Of a stretch of DNA of 64,000 nucleotides, positions 19,852 through 29,264 are shown piece by piece. The first letter of the stretch is position 1. The number at the start of each line of letters is the position of its first letter. A program made the translations under genes and the position numbers. The notes beneath the pieces are model-generated. The model did not search any database and was not told the origin of the DNA. It saw nothing but the letters and a program-made list of their open reading frames with translations. The DNA comes from Escherichia phage T5. The stretch lies in the sequence record AY587007.1; one strand, given 5' to 3'.

Positions 19852-20265
19852 TTAAACTAGTTCGACATGACCGCCATCATAGGTACCACGTTTTATTTCA
19901 TCGTGATAGTCTCCCGAAGCATTCCAATCAGCACCAAAACGAAGTTTAATGCCTAGTTCTTTACCAGCTTGTTCAAAAGCCTTTTTAACTGCCCAAAATG
20001 CTTCCAAGTCATTCCAATCAATTTTGCCATTAATATACGGAGCAAAATCAATAGCATCCCCAGTAATATGTTTGCTTTTACTAGGATCTTTTAGAAATGA
20101 AGTGCCATTAGCAATGTTCTGGGCACTTTGTGCTACTGTACGAATACCTTGCACGATTGTGAAATCATACGGAGATAATTCTAAAGCCCTACGAGCTACT
20201 TTTTGTAGTTCGGGCTTAACGGTGGCTAATTGTTTTTCGCTATTTTTACCAAATTTAAAACTCAT
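19852..20265 (-). CDS. endolysin, L-alanyl-D-glutamate peptidase type (T5 Lys-like)
   Basis: 137 aa, same length as T5 endolysin as I recall; His/Asp residues in a metallopeptidase-like arrangement; immediately downstream of a holin-like gene. Confidence 0.55.
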   Translation of the reverse strand: MSFKFGKNSEKQLATVKPELQKVARRALELSPYDFTIVQGIRTVAQSAQNIANGTSFLKDPSKSKHITGDAIDFAPYINGKIDWNDLEAFWAVKKAFEQAGKELGIKLRFGADWNASGDYHDEIKRGTYDGGHVELV

Positions 20266-20918
20266 ATTGACCTACCTAAAGATCTCTGTTGTGGGGAACA
20301 GAGCTTTGTTAAGTATTCCTTAAATTGTTCTGAATCGGCAATATCTACTGGTTTATCTCTCCAAGCAATACCAATATACCCAGCATAGATATTGTTTAGA
20401 TTGAAATACGGACACGTGTAAATATAATTAAATATTACGTTTTTAAACGAAGGGATATTTTTCCCCATATATTTATTAACCTTTACAGTTAAATCCGAAG
20501 CATAGTTAAAGCCTTCTAGGTGACGTCTGTATAATTCAGACGTTTTATTTACTGCTTTATCGGCCAAGTCAGCCCTATCTAATTGCGCATTGCTTTCCCA
20601 TGCAATAATGTTAGAGTAATCATTAATGGCATCGGGTTTATACTTGACGACAAAAACAGCATCCGCACCCGTTTGAGAAAAGAGTACCATGCTCTTTTCT
20701 CTAGCTACATTAGGAAAGTTATCTATCCTTTGAGTTTGAACATCCTGTAGAACCGCAGACGTGGAGAAAGTCTTTAAGAATGACATCACCTCACTAGTAT
20801 TACTAACAAATAAGAAAATAATGACAGCAACTAAGATAGTTAGCAGACGTTTAAGAAGCGATGCTGGGTCTTTCGCTTCTTGGAGCAGTACTGTTAATAA
20901 TTGTAAGAACTTTTCCAA
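20262..20918 (-). CDS. holin-like membrane protein
   Basis: 218 aa when started at TTG 20918, preceded by RBS AGAGGAGG; one transmembrane segment; overlaps endolysin start. Confidence 0.45.
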   Translation of the reverse strand: MEKFLQLLTVLLQEAKDPASLLKRLLTILVAVIIFLFVSNTSEVMSFLKTFSTSAVLQDVQTQRIDNFPNVAREKSMVLFSQTGADAVFVVKYKPDAINDYSNIIAWESNAQLDRADLADKAVNKTSELYRRHLEGFNYASDLTVKVNKYMGKNIPSFKNVIFNYIYTCPYFNLNNIYAGYIGIAWRDKPVDIADSEQFKEYLTKLCSPQQRSLGRSI

Positions 20919-20943
20919 TTTGTAACCTCCTCTAACCAGTACC

Positions 20944-20972
20944 ATTATACTAATTTTGGAGGAAAATTTCAA
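20944..20972 (-). promoter_or_regulatory. promoter, -35 TTGAAA, 17 bp, -10 TATAAT
   Basis: hexamers on minus strand upstream of the lysis genes. Confidence 0.5.
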
Positions 20973-21074
20973 TGGGTTTTTAAATGTTACACTTGGAGCA
21001 TAAAATTATGTCGTTGTCAAGAAGAATTTTAGATAAAAGAAAAGCCAGGGTACTTAACCCTGGCTTAAAATTAC

Positions 21075-21674
21075 TTACTCTTCATTGTGCTCCCCGGAAT
21101 GAGGTAACTGCGCTTTATTGTATTGCTCAGATCGATATTTTGCCAAGATTTCGATACGCTTATGAATTTCCCTGCTATCTAGATAGATATTTTTGGTGTC
21201 TTTTACCATCTCGTCGATTTCATCTATTGAGAAGAACGGATAGTAGACATCTAGCATCATATTTTTTACGAACTTGTTGTAAGATTCATAGGCTTTCTTG
21301 ATTTCTTGACCTTTCTCACAGAACCCGCCAGAGAACGTGTGTCCCATTAACGTAGCATGTGGATGTACTACCCATCCATGACAAGATAGGAAAATTGTGC
21401 AGTAAGCAGAAGCACTAGGACCAATCAGGTGTCCTATAACTGTTCCACGGCAATTAGCAATTAAGTTAGATAACTGTGCAGCAGTATCAACATAACCACC
21501 GGGGCCATTAATCATCAGATTAATTTCGTCGTCCTCATTTGCCTGCATAAGTACCATTGATAAATCACGGTATTCATCCGGCGGACCAAGTTCTTCATCA
21601 AAGAAAAAGGTATACTCATTAGATTGGCGAATGGAGTGGAACAGGTTAGTCTTTTCTTCTTTTTTATTAGTCAT
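21075..21674 (-). CDS. ClpP-like serine protease
   Basis: 199 aa; INGPGG and GPSASA segments resemble ClpP motifs. Confidence 0.4.
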   Translation of the reverse strand: MTNKKEEKTNLFHSIRQSNEYTFFFDEELGPPDEYRDLSMVLMQANEDDEINLMINGPGGYVDTAAQLSNLIANCRGTVIGHLIGPSASAYCTIFLSCHGWVVHPHATLMGHTFSGGFCEKGQEIKKAYESYNKFVKNMMLDVYYPFFSIDEIDEMVKDTKNIYLDSREIHKRIEILAKYRSEQYNKAQLPHSGEHNEE

Positions 21675-21686
21675 AGCGATCCTTGA

Positions 21687-22439
21687 TTATCCAACTAGTG
21701 GTTCTAGCTCTAAGTCACAGAAGTTATACACTTCTAGTTTAAGGTTATTGATACCATCGAATTTATTAACTAATTCGTGAGTGATATATTTTGCAGGAAT
21801 ACCACTTTCAGATGGATGATCTGATTTAATAGTGAACTTCTGCTCAGCGGGCACTACATTTACTAGTAAAGAATCCATATCTAAATGGTTCGTCTCTCTG
21901 AGTAACTCTCCTTCATTGGGGAATCTCACATCTGTTATTACGGCGACATCTGGGTCGTCTTTAGCGATGGATTGCTCCAGAATTATGAGCCAAATGCGTT
22001 CATGTACCAGCTGCCTTCCTAGCTCCGTTCCTACGAGCTGTAACATTTTTCTCGGAGAAATAAATAAACTATAAAGTCCGTCTTCTTTATTCTCTGAGAT
22101 AAGTTGTTGAGGATTAAGATATTTTTCCTCAAAAATCGGCCAAACGTACGAGAAGTCTTCAAACTTATCGATACCGTATTTAAACCATACGTCTCTAGCT
22201 CGCTCCAATTGAGATTGTGTGACCGTAAACCATTGGTCAATCTCTTTCCCCCTGCGCTCTCCTAGAAACTCTGGAGTTACGCCGAGGATTACGGATGCAA
22301 GTTCATAAACGGGCTTAGCAAAACTGTAACGACGGGATAAACACGTTGGATACGTGTCATTACACCAATCGATAATTAATTTTGCAACGGTATCTTTTCC
22401 CGAACCAGCTTCACCATGTAAACCGACTAATACTGACAT
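21687..22439 (-). CDS. deoxynucleoside monophosphate kinase
   Basis: 250 aa with P-loop GEAGSGKDT; size matches T5 dNMP kinase as recalled. Confidence 0.55.
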   Translation of the reverse strand: MSVLVGLHGEAGSGKDTVAKLIIDWCNDTYPTCLSRRYSFAKPVYELASVILGVTPEFLGERRGKEIDQWFTVTQSQLERARDVWFKYGIDKFEDFSYVWPIFEEKYLNPQQLISENKEDGLYSLFISPRKMLQLVGTELGRQLVHERIWLIILEQSIAKDDPDVAVITDVRFPNEGELLRETNHLDMDSLLVNVVPAEQKFTIKSDHPSESGIPAKYITHELVNKFDGINNLKLEVYNFCDLELEPLVG

Positions 22440-22792
22440 TAATCTTTCCTATTGTTAATTGGTGGATAATATACTAAACAACGTTTTTCTTGCAAATCTT
22501 GGCGGTAGAAGCAAACCATACTTGTCAGTCGTGAGATATAAGAATATTCTGCCTCACGGCATTTTGCCAACATATTCCAATCTTTATATGGTACAACAAC
22601 TACTACGCCATCTTCCCCATTTGTAGCTAATTTCTTTTCAAACTTAAAGTCAAAGCTACAAGGTTGAAGCCCTTTAGGCCAATCTACGTGAGCTGTTGGT
22701 AGCTCATGTGTAGGTTCTGGCTTTATTTCTTGTGCACAGCCTGTGATTGTGATTGCGGCTGCGAGCAGTATTCCAAGTTTCCAGTTAAACAT
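22439..22792 (-). CDS. putative lipoprotein (possible o-spanin)
   Basis: 117 aa with signal peptide and lipobox ITGC; overlaps the 3' end of the upstream gene. Confidence 0.3.
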   Translation of the reverse strand: MFNWKLGILLAAAITITGCAQEIKPEPTHELPTAHVDWPKGLQPCSFDFKFEKKLATNGEDGVVVVVPYKDWNMLAKCREAEYSYISRLTSMVCFYRQDLQEKRCLVYYPPINNRKD

Positions 22793-23166
22793 GCTAATCT
22801 TTCCTCGAACTCCTTACTCTGCTTTTTAGCAATTAATGTAACCAATCCAGGCTTTGCAGCTATAATATCTTGACGACTAAGTGCCTTATCAAGCTGATTA
22901 ATTTTCTTGTCTAGATCTGCTTGCGAAACATTATTCATTGTGAAATACTGATTCATTCGAGTCTCACGAAGTTCACTCTCAGCCCTCACATTATTAAGGG
23001 AGGTTTCTAGAGAAGAGATCTTTTTAGTAGCTACTGCAAGATCGCCTGCTAGAGTCTCAACCTTATTAACTAAGTGATAAGCACCGAATCCTATGCCTAT
23101 CGCTAGACCTGCTCCCAGGATATACATCTTGTTATTCCAAACTAAGTCTACAAACCATTTCCGCAT
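22723..23166 (-). CDS. membrane-anchored coiled-coil protein (possible i-spanin)
   Basis: 147 aa, N-terminal transmembrane helix then coiled coil. Confidence 0.3.
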   Translation of the reverse strand: MRKWFVDLVWNNKMYILGAGLAIGIGFGAYHLVNKVETLAGDLAVATKKISSLETSLNNVRAESELRETRMNQYFTMNNVSQADLDKKINQLDKALSRQDIIAAKPGLVTLIAKKQSKEFEERLACLTGNLEYCSQPQSQSQAVHKK

Positions 23167-23615
23167 TAGCCTGTACTCGCAAACTCACCGTGGAGTTCTT
23201 TGAGTTTGGTATCCCGCCATTTTATAGCCTCTTCCAAACTCTTAAGTGTTTTCGAAACTTGCTTACCATGTTTGGTAATTCTTACTTGGTAAGTCCCATT
23301 TGTTTTTCTATGGATATTTTTAACGCCTAAATGGTTATCGCTTCTTACTTTTTGGTTACAAGCGTTATCAGATCTTGTAGCAGGCCTTAGATTCTCAAAT
23401 CTATCATTAGTTGAGTCTTTGTCCTTGTGATCAACTATTTCAGGCCATTCTCCAGTATGCCATGCATAGATTAATCTATGTGCCCCTATAGCTAGGGAAC
23501 CATTATATAGGTCAACTACTCTATGCCTGTACTTGCTAGATCCTGCTACTGTCCCGGCGAATATCTTATGAAAAGGTTCGTCCCCTTCCCGGGGTTTCCA
23601 GATAAGGATTACCAT
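23166..23615 (-). CDS. HNH homing endonuclease
   Basis: 149 aa with HRLIYAW ... VDHKDKDSTNDRFENL motif. Confidence 0.6.
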   Translation of the reverse strand: MVILIWKPREGDEPFHKIFAGTVAGSSKYRHRVVDLYNGSLAIGAHRLIYAWHTGEWPEIVDHKDKDSTNDRFENLRPATRSDNACNQKVRSDNHLGVKNIHRKTNGTYQVRITKHGKQVSKTLKSLEEAIKWRDTKLKELHGEFASTG

Positions 23616-23657
23616 CTTCTGGGTAATCGAACATTCTTCTTAGCTCTTCCTTACGGA

Positions 23658-23942
23658 TCATCTTTTCATATTCCTAAAAGAAGTAACAGTATCAAATCCA
23701 GGTGCAGCTAAGCGATCCTTATCGGAAATCGTAATAGTATTGGGTTCACCGGTTCCTAACACGCCCCAGATATATGGCTCGATCATCGGGTGCAAACGGT
23801 ATAAGTTACTTTCAATTTCTGGCCACGGAATACCTGACTGATGGAAACGAATGTTAGTCTGAATCACGAAGTTACGAACATCATCGTTATCGTCCTTCTT
23901 GATACCTTTCACATACGCAATCGGTACACGCAGTTCGGACAA
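23658..23942 (-). CDS. hypothetical protein
   Basis: 94 aa, TTG start. Confidence 0.35.
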   Translation of the reverse strand: MSELRVPIAYVKGIKKDDNDDVRNFVIQTNIRFHQSGIPWPEIESNLYRLHPMIEPYIWGVLGTGEPNTITISDKDRLAAPGFDTVTSFRNMKR

Positions 23943-23954
23943 GATACGTTCTGC

Positions 23955-24356
23955 TTAAGGTTTGGCTTCAACGAGCAAATCACGCATGGTTTCACGAACA
24001 TCTCCACGACTCTTATCCATTAAGTAGGAGCGAGCATGCAACCCCATCTCTTCCATTTTATCGAACATAGTGTCGAGGTCGAACGTTTTGAAGCTAAATG
24101 CTGGATGCCAGCAGTACAGCTCGTGCAGCCAGTAAACTTCACCTGCAACAAACAGTGGGTTTACAAAGTATTCGAAGTCGCCACGGAAAGATAGTGAACC
24201 CTCACGAAATACTTGGCGAGTATGCACAATGTTCTTTTCTGCATCATCAGTTACCTTAACCAGTAACTCTTCAGTTTTACGCTCCCAAACACGATCGGGG
24301 TCAAACAAACTGTTCTGCAAATCATACACATCTGCAAATTTAGAAATGATTCTCAT
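23955..24356 (-). CDS. hypothetical protein
   Basis: 133-aa ORF downstream of promoter 24388-24416. Confidence 0.5.
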   Translation of the reverse strand: MRIISKFADVYDLQNSLFDPDRVWERKTEELLVKVTDDAEKNIVHTRQVFREGSLSFRGDFEYFVNPLFVAGEVYWLHELYCWHPAFSFKTFDLDTMFDKMEEMGLHARSYLMDKSRGDVRETMRDLLVEAKP

Positions 24357-24387
24357 ATTTAATCCTCTTGCCTCAATCTATGAATAT

Positions 24388-24416
24388 ATTATACAAAAGT
24401 TTGGGCATCTATGCAA
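24388..24416 (-). promoter_or_regulatory. T5-type early promoter, -35 TTGCAT, 17 bp, -10 TATAAT
   Basis: hexamers on minus strand. Confidence 0.55.
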
Positions 24417-24485
24417 CTAAAATTTTATTACAAAAATAGCCCAGTCGCAAAAGTGCAGGCTGGGCTTTGTCATTATTTGCTTTTG

Positions 24486-24890
24486 CTAGTAAGTTGACTT
24501 AGTGTCAATCTTATGTAATATTAGTTTCTCTAGCTTTGCGTAGTACCCCTGCATTTCTCCATAGCTTAATATCGTCCACGTTTCTTTATAAGGAGCTATG
24601 GTAAAACCTAGCGGGCCAGCACTAAATAATCCTAAGAATCCTATTGCACGCATATAGAATAAACATTCTTCACCTGTCATTTCTTCAACTGCTTTTCTTT
24701 GTTTTTCGTTTTCAAACTCGTGCTCCTTGTTGTCTATACGAAGGTGTTTAATGAACCATTCAGCAGAATATTCATCTAAGTGTCTAAGTATAGCTACTGC
24801 ATACCCGGCGCCAATTAAAAACCAAGTGGTAACAAGAATTAGTACTATGGTCATATCATCTCCAGTTAAGGTCAGCGACCAACTCACCAC
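24486..24890 (-). CDS. membrane protein
   Basis: 134 aa with hydrophobic segments. Confidence 0.4.
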   Translation of the reverse strand: MVSWSLTLTGDDMTIVLILVTTWFLIGAGYAVAILRHLDEYSAEWFIKHLRIDNKEHEFENEKQRKAVEEMTGEECLFYMRAIGFLGLFSAGPLGFTIAPYKETWTILSYGEMQGYYAKLEKLILHKIDTKSTY

Positions 24891-24964
24891 TTACCGCACT
24901 AAGGGGCACGACTCCCTTATCCGTAACAGTTGCAGGTGACGCAACTCGGTCCTACGCGAGTTCT

Positions 24965-25249
24965 TTAGTTATTCTGCATTTCTGCTTTAAATTTTTTCAT
25001 ATTACGAGTTTTTCTGTAATAGAAAAATACAGATGCTGGTCCTAGCAGAATATCCATAATAAATATTGCAGCTCTAGCACATCTTAGCAGCGTTTTATCG
25101 TCAAGAGGTGGCAGGTCTGATGGACGTGTTTTATGCGCAACATACAAGAGCACATCTTTATTCTTAGAGATGAATAAATCATCTATTAGGCTGTAGATAG
25201 CAACTACAGACCCGATAACAAACCAAAGAGCAAATGGAGAGATAATCAT
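24965..25249 (-). CDS. membrane protein
   Basis: 94-aa ORF. Confidence 0.4.
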   Translation of the reverse strand: MIISPFALWFVIGSVVAIYSLIDDLFISKNKDVLLYVAHKTRPSDLPPLDDKTLLRCARAAIFIMDILLGPASVFFYYRKTRNMKKFKAEMQNN

Positions 25250-25575
25250 TTCAGATCCTTTTCACTAATTAAAATATTTGTAAATAGTGGAGTATTTCCT
25301 AAACTCATGGCTGGTCCAAATGTATTCATGGCTACCCATAACTGCACGGTTATCATACCGTCTTTAATCGCCGGATCTTTATACTCCTCGATACGTTTCT
25401 TGGCAAAAGCAACTATGTCTGGATTATTTTTATTTTCCTGAATATAGTCATGCCAAAACTGGGTATTCTCACTACGTAGGAATGTTAAAATATCCTTAGT
25501 TGCTGGAATCTGCACTGTGCTGTTGATGTTTAGTCTTTTCACGTTCTTCTCTCTGTTATTCTTTAGGAAACCCAT
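25246..25575 (-). CDS. hypothetical protein
   Basis: 109-aa ORF. Confidence 0.45.
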   Translation of the reverse strand: MGFLKNNREKNVKRLNINSTVQIPATKDILTFLRSENTQFWHDYIQENKNNPDIVAFAKKRIEEYKDPAIKDGMITVQLWVAMNTFGPAMSLGNTPLFTNILISEKDLK

Positions 25576-26068
25576 TAAACTCTTCGATGACTGCTAGAGT
25601 TCCGTGCAATTCTAATCGTAATCCATTAGCTTTGTATACTGCAGATTCTAAGTCTTCATAGTTAAAATAACCACCAAATATATTATTTCCCGTGGAATTT
25701 CGCACCATTACTTGCCATTTCTGTGCCTTTGTACTCCAAGACACACCTAAGTATCCAGAGTTACTAGTGGATTTACGATTTCTACTATTTTCTTGTCTGT
25801 TAGATTCTCTAAGATTAACCCATCTGTTATCCGACCTAATCCTATTAATGTGATCAACTTCCTCTGGAAGTTTACCTGTCATATATAGGAAAGCTAGTTG
25901 TTGTGCATAATATGCTTTTTTATCAAGCCTTATTTGGATATACCCATCAGACCTTAACGTGCCTGCAAATGCACCTACCTTTAGTCTACCTCTTAGGATT
26001 TTATTAGTAAATTGTCCTGTCTCAGGATTATATTCTAGCAGTTCTTTTAACCTTTCTTGAGTAATCAT
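25556..26068 (-). CDS. HNH homing endonuclease
   Basis: 170 aa with AQQLAFLYMTG ... VDHINRIRSDNRWVNL motif. Confidence 0.6.
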   Translation of the reverse strand: MITQERLKELLEYNPETGQFTNKILRGRLKVGAFAGTLRSDGYIQIRLDKKAYYAQQLAFLYMTGKLPEEVDHINRIRSDNRWVNLRESNRQENSRNRKSTSNSGYLGVSWSTKAQKWQVMVRNSTGNNIFGGYFNYEDLESAVYKANGLRLELHGTLAVIEEFNGFPKE

Positions 26069-26472
26069 TCTTCTACTTCCACATCACAATCATAACGACA
26101 AGTAAACGAGTCAGAATTGTTGGAACGTTGGGTAGTAATATTACCGTTACGCTGAATGGTAATAGCTGGAGTAGAGAAGTTTTTATTGGTCATAATTTCT
26201 ATATTACCATTACGCTCCCTTACTAATCTGACTTTACCATATTCAGTAATGATGCCATTTTGTTGGACTTTAACATTACCGTTTTTCATAAAAACTTTGG
26301 TAGATGCTAGAGAACCGAAACTAACTGCCGAAACCATCAGTGCAACAATAAACTTATTCATCATGGTCTTCCTCACTACAGTCACGGCATACATCATAAT
26401 CGTTGAAGGAATGTTCGTGAGCTTCACACCACCAAGAACAAGAATCACAGAGGAATATTTCGGTTTTCTCAA
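26065..26472 (-). CDS. secreted hypothetical protein
   Basis: signal-peptide-like segment MMNKFIVALMVSAVSFGSLAS; true start probably internal. Confidence 0.4.
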   Translation of the reverse strand: MRKPKYSSVILVLGGVKLTNIPSTIMMYAVTVVRKTMMNKFIVALMVSAVSFGSLASTKVFMKNGNVKVQQNGIITEYGKVRLVRERNGNIEIMTNKNFSTPAITIQRNGNITTQRSNNSDSFTCRYDCDVEVEE

Positions 26473-26635
26473 GTGCTTGGCCTAAAAGATCATCAGCTTC
26501 CCCAGCAGTAATCTTCAATCCACATACATCTGCCACACGTTCTTTAATTAAGCGACCTGCCCCATGATAAGACATGCAGGTTCCAACAACACTATGCTCG
26601 ACAACGTGAATGGCACAGTCTAGACGAGTTTTCAT
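26354..26635 (-). CDS. Cys-rich small protein
   Basis: 93 aa with CDSCSWWC and CRDC motifs; downstream of promoter 26666-26694. Confidence 0.4.
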   Translation of the reverse strand: MKTRLDCAIHVVEHSVVGTCMSYHGAGRLIKERVADVCGLKITAGEADDLLGQALEKTEIFLCDSCSWWCEAHEHSFNDYDVCRDCSEEDHDE

Positions 26636-26665
26636 TTCAAACCTCCCTCATCAATTTATATAAAT

Positions 26666-26694
26666 ATTATAACAAGAAAAGAGAGGTTTAGCAA
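26666..26694 (-). promoter_or_regulatory. T5-type early promoter, -35 TTGCTA, 17 bp, -10 TATAAT
   Basis: hexamers on minus strand. Confidence 0.6.
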
Positions 26695-26711
26695 ATGAAT
26701 TATTTCAGAAA

Positions 26712-27059
26712 TTAGTCGTAGCACCACCATAACCCACGCTTACGCATGTCATGATCGCGATTATAGTCGTAATTTTCTGGATCTTTCATCACGCGGTGGA
26801 GTTCTTGACGATTACCTTGACGAACCATTTTATTAGAATGCCACTTAACACTCTTACTAACAGAACTCCAGCTATAACCATCCTTTTTCTCATTACGAAT
26901 GGTTGCTTCTTCCATTTCTTGTTCTACCTTATCCCAGGATTTAGCATAAGTAACACGAATCCAGTAGCCACCCGCTTTGAGGAAAGTATATTCCTGGGTG
27001 TAATTAGCTTTAGACTTCCACCACTGATCACCAGATTGTTTACGATAAGTACGGCTCAT
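26712..27059 (-). CDS. hypothetical protein
   Basis: 115-aa ORF. Confidence 0.45.
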   Translation of the reverse strand: MSRTYRKQSGDQWWKSKANYTQEYTFLKAGGYWIRVTYAKSWDKVEQEMEEATIRNEKKDGYSWSSVSKSVKWHSNKMVRQGNRQELHRVMKDPENYDYNRDHDMRKRGLWWCYD

Positions 27060-27180
27060 ATTACCTCCATTAAGTCTTTTAAATTAACCTAATGTGGATG
27101 AATTTTATTATACATAAATTATTTACCTATATACAGAAAAACCCCAGACTACTTATTCAATAGCTGGGGTTTGTTATTAA

Positions 27181-27495
27181 TCACAGATCGGGGTGCTTAT
27201 CTTCTAAACTGTCCGAGCTAATATATTCTCCGGATCCTACGAAGCCATCAAATTCATCATTTGAAATATCCGTAATCATTGCTTCCATTTTCCTAATCTC
27301 CGAGGTTTTCATCCCTGCTTTACTATTCTTAAAGTGTTTGCGAGGATTCCCGCACATCCAACAAGAACAGATACAAGGAGTAGTAGTGATAATACCTAAC
27401 CGTTTAGGGCTTTCTTCATGTGGGAAGACTGTCCAGTATTTCTTGCGGTTGTTCTTCACACGTTGCCGGTGATGACGTCTTAATGCTCGATCCAC
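27181..27495 (-). CDS. hypothetical Cys-containing protein
   Basis: 104-aa ORF with CICSCWMC segment. Confidence 0.4.
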   Translation of the reverse strand: MDRALRRHHRQRVKNNRKKYWTVFPHEESPKRLGIITTTPCICSCWMCGNPRKHFKNSKAGMKTSEIRKMEAMITDISNDEFDGFVGSGEYISSDSLEDKHPDL

Positions 27496-27576
27496 ACATT
27501 TCTCCTAAAACTTGGGAGATAAATGGAGTTTGCTCGACTACCTTACGTAGTTCGTAGAAACTGTATCCAAGCCCCA

Positions 27577-27945
27577 TTACATCGCCTGAGTAAATGTACG
27601 ACTAATAACGTCGTTCTGCTGTTCACGCGTCAGTGCGTTAAAACGCACAGCGTACCCTGAAACACGGATAGTTAATTGAGGGTATTTTTCAGGATGTTTC
27701 TGTGCATCCAAAAGCTGATCACGACTTAACACATTGACATTTAGGTGTTGACCACCTTCAATTTGAGGGGCGACTTCCACTTTGACTTCACGAAAGGATT
27801 CGGGGTCAAAATGAGGTGTAATACCTTCTAGATCTTCAACTAGAACTTTTTGTTTAAGTTCACCATCTTTAGAATATAATTGAATAATCTGATTATTATG
27901 AACAATATTAATTACGCCAGATTTAAGATTTTGATACGCTTTCAT
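27577..27945 (-). CDS. grcA: autonomous glycyl-radical cofactor, GrcA/YfiD-like
   Basis: C-terminal ~60 aa ([11 protein letters not shown] ... [23 protein letters not shown]) match E. coli GrcA as recalled, including the RVSGY glycine-radical motif; start set at ATG 27945 with RBS AGGAG, giving 122 aa. Confidence 0.7.
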   Translation of the reverse strand: MKAYQNLKSGVINIVHNNQIIQLYSKDGELKQKVLVEDLEGITPHFDPESFREVKVEVAPQIEGGQHLNVNVLSRDQLLDAQKHPEKYPQLTIRVSGYAVRFNALTREQQNDVISRTFTQAM

Positions 27946-28130
27946 TAGATCTCCTGGTTGGTAGTTAGTAGTGGATTTGAACCACTGTAGTCGCTCCGTA
28001 TGAAGGAGGTGCATAACCACTCTGCCAACTAACTATTATGTTTTACTAGGCTAAGTAAGTATTCTTTGTACTCCTTAGACCAACTAGCTTTTTTAAACTT
28101 TCCTGGACGCATAGTCTTAATTCCTAGATT

Positions 28131-28207
28131 TGGTACTCCGGGAGGGATTTAAACCCCCGATCTCTCGGTTATCAGCCGAGTGCTTTAGATCGCTAAGCTA
28201 CCGAAGT
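28131..28207 (-). tRNA. tRNA-Ile (anticodon GAT)
   Basis: hand-folded cloverleaf, 7-bp acceptor, CCA encoded. Confidence 0.65.
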
Positions 28208-28222
28208 ATTAAAATATTTACA

Positions 28223-28513
28223 TCACACACTGTCTAAGTAAGAAGTATAATGGAACTTAGTTTCTCCAGCCTTATCTACTTCTACCTCAGTTCGAGGTAC
28301 TTGACGAACCACACCATAAATCATCTTATATCGGATGCCTCTAGCTGGTTCATGATCTTTTGGAAATACTTGTTTGACCGTTACTACTTTATACCCTTCA
28401 CGCGGTGTTAACACAACTACTTGATCACCCTCTTTGATTTTCCAAGAAGATGGAAATTCATAGGTGTATCTTTGGCCACCAGTTTGGAATACTACAGAAA
28501 GATAACGTTTCAT
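28223..28513 (-). CDS. hypothetical protein
   Basis: 96-aa ORF. Confidence 0.45.
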   Translation of the reverse strand: MKRYLSVVFQTGGQRYTYEFPSSWKIKEGDQVVVLTPREGYKVVTVKQVFPKDHEPARGIRYKMIYGVVRQVPRTEVEVDKAGETKFHYTSYLDSV

Positions 28514-28543
28514 TTGGTTTCCCTCTCATTAACTTATATAAAT

Positions 28544-28572
28544 ATTATAGCAATAAATAAGAGAGAAAGCAA
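28544..28572 (-). promoter_or_regulatory. T5-type early promoter, -35 TTGCTT, 17 bp, -10 TATAAT
   Basis: hexamers on minus strand. Confidence 0.6.
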
Positions 28573-28587
28573 ATGAATTTTTAAGTT

Positions 28588-28662
28588 TGGTGCTCCCACT
28601 AGGAATCGAACCCGGTTCAGATGCTTACAAGGCAACTGCATCACCAACAATGCTTTAGGAGC
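28588..28662 (-). tRNA. tRNA-Thr (anticodon TGT)
   Basis: cloverleaf with perfect D-stem; one mismatch in anticodon stem and one in T-stem. Confidence 0.5.
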
Positions 28663-28672
28663 GATGATCCCG

Positions 28673-28837
28673 TTATTTCAACGGGATTTCTTTTTCAAAT
28701 ACAGGGGATTTATCTGACATTACTGTCATTGCCAACTGCTGAAGAAACTCGAAAGTTAGCTTTAAACGTTCTTCGCCTAATTCAATCTCAACGTATTTCT
28801 TTTGTTTGTCAACCTTTAATTTTAGGTTATCAGCCAT
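28673..28837 (-). CDS. small hypothetical protein (54 aa)
   Basis: ORF below track cut-off, starts directly after the stop of 28830-29081. Confidence 0.25.
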   Translation of the reverse strand: MADNLKLKVDKQKKYVEIELGEERLKLTFEFLQQLAMTVMSDKSPVFEKEIPLK

Positions 28838-29081
28838 TAGAGAGTACAGTACTGGTAGTTGGCAATACTACAGATGAAGCAACAGTGTTTAAATGCTTTC
28901 TCCAGTCTAGGTTAAATTGTTTTCGAAACTCTTCATAAGGTTCTTCTGGATAAAAGCTAAAACCTCCTTTCTCATCATTCAGGATAACAGAGCCGTCAGT
29001 TTGTTCATATGCTCGATATGTTTCTCCAATAATGATAACTCGCTTATCAGTACTTTTATTACGAAACTCAAAAACGTGCAT
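28830..29081 (-). CDS. hypothetical protein
   Basis: 83-aa ORF. Confidence 0.4.
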   Translation of the reverse strand: MHVFEFRNKSTDKRVIIIGETYRAYEQTDGSVILNDEKGGFSFYPEEPYEEFRKQFNLDWRKHLNTVASSVVLPTTSTVLSNG

Positions 29082-29097
29082 AGTGTTTCCTTAAAGT

Positions 29098-29173
29098 TGG
29101 AGCGGCTAGAGGGAATCGAACCCTACTCAGCGAGGCTTGGAAGGCCTGCGACACAACCCGTGTGCTTAACCGC
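29098..29173 (-). tRNA. tRNA-Gly (anticodon TCC), unusual D-arm
   Basis: good acceptor and T-arm; anticodon loop CTTCCAA; D-arm folds only with a 5-nt loop. Confidence 0.4.
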
Positions 29174-29180
29174 GATTATT

Positions 29181-29258
29181 TGGCAGGGGATATTGGATTT
29201 GAACCAATGATCTCGACTTCAAAGGCCGAAGCTTTAGGCCAAGCTAAGCTAATCCCCA
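29181..29258 (-). tRNA. tRNA-Gln (anticodon TTG)
   Basis: full cloverleaf; discriminator G; position 1:72 is U-U. Confidence 0.65.
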
Positions 29259-29264
29259 ATTGTT

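Noticed and set aside
27070-27135. T5-type promoter upstream of 26712-27059
   Set aside because: A TATAAT is present, but the sequence 17 bp upstream (TGTATA) is a poor -35.
27946-28020. Longer GrcA-like start at 28020
   Set aside because: The internal ATG at 27945 has an AGGAG ribosome-binding site and gives a protein of GrcA-like length.
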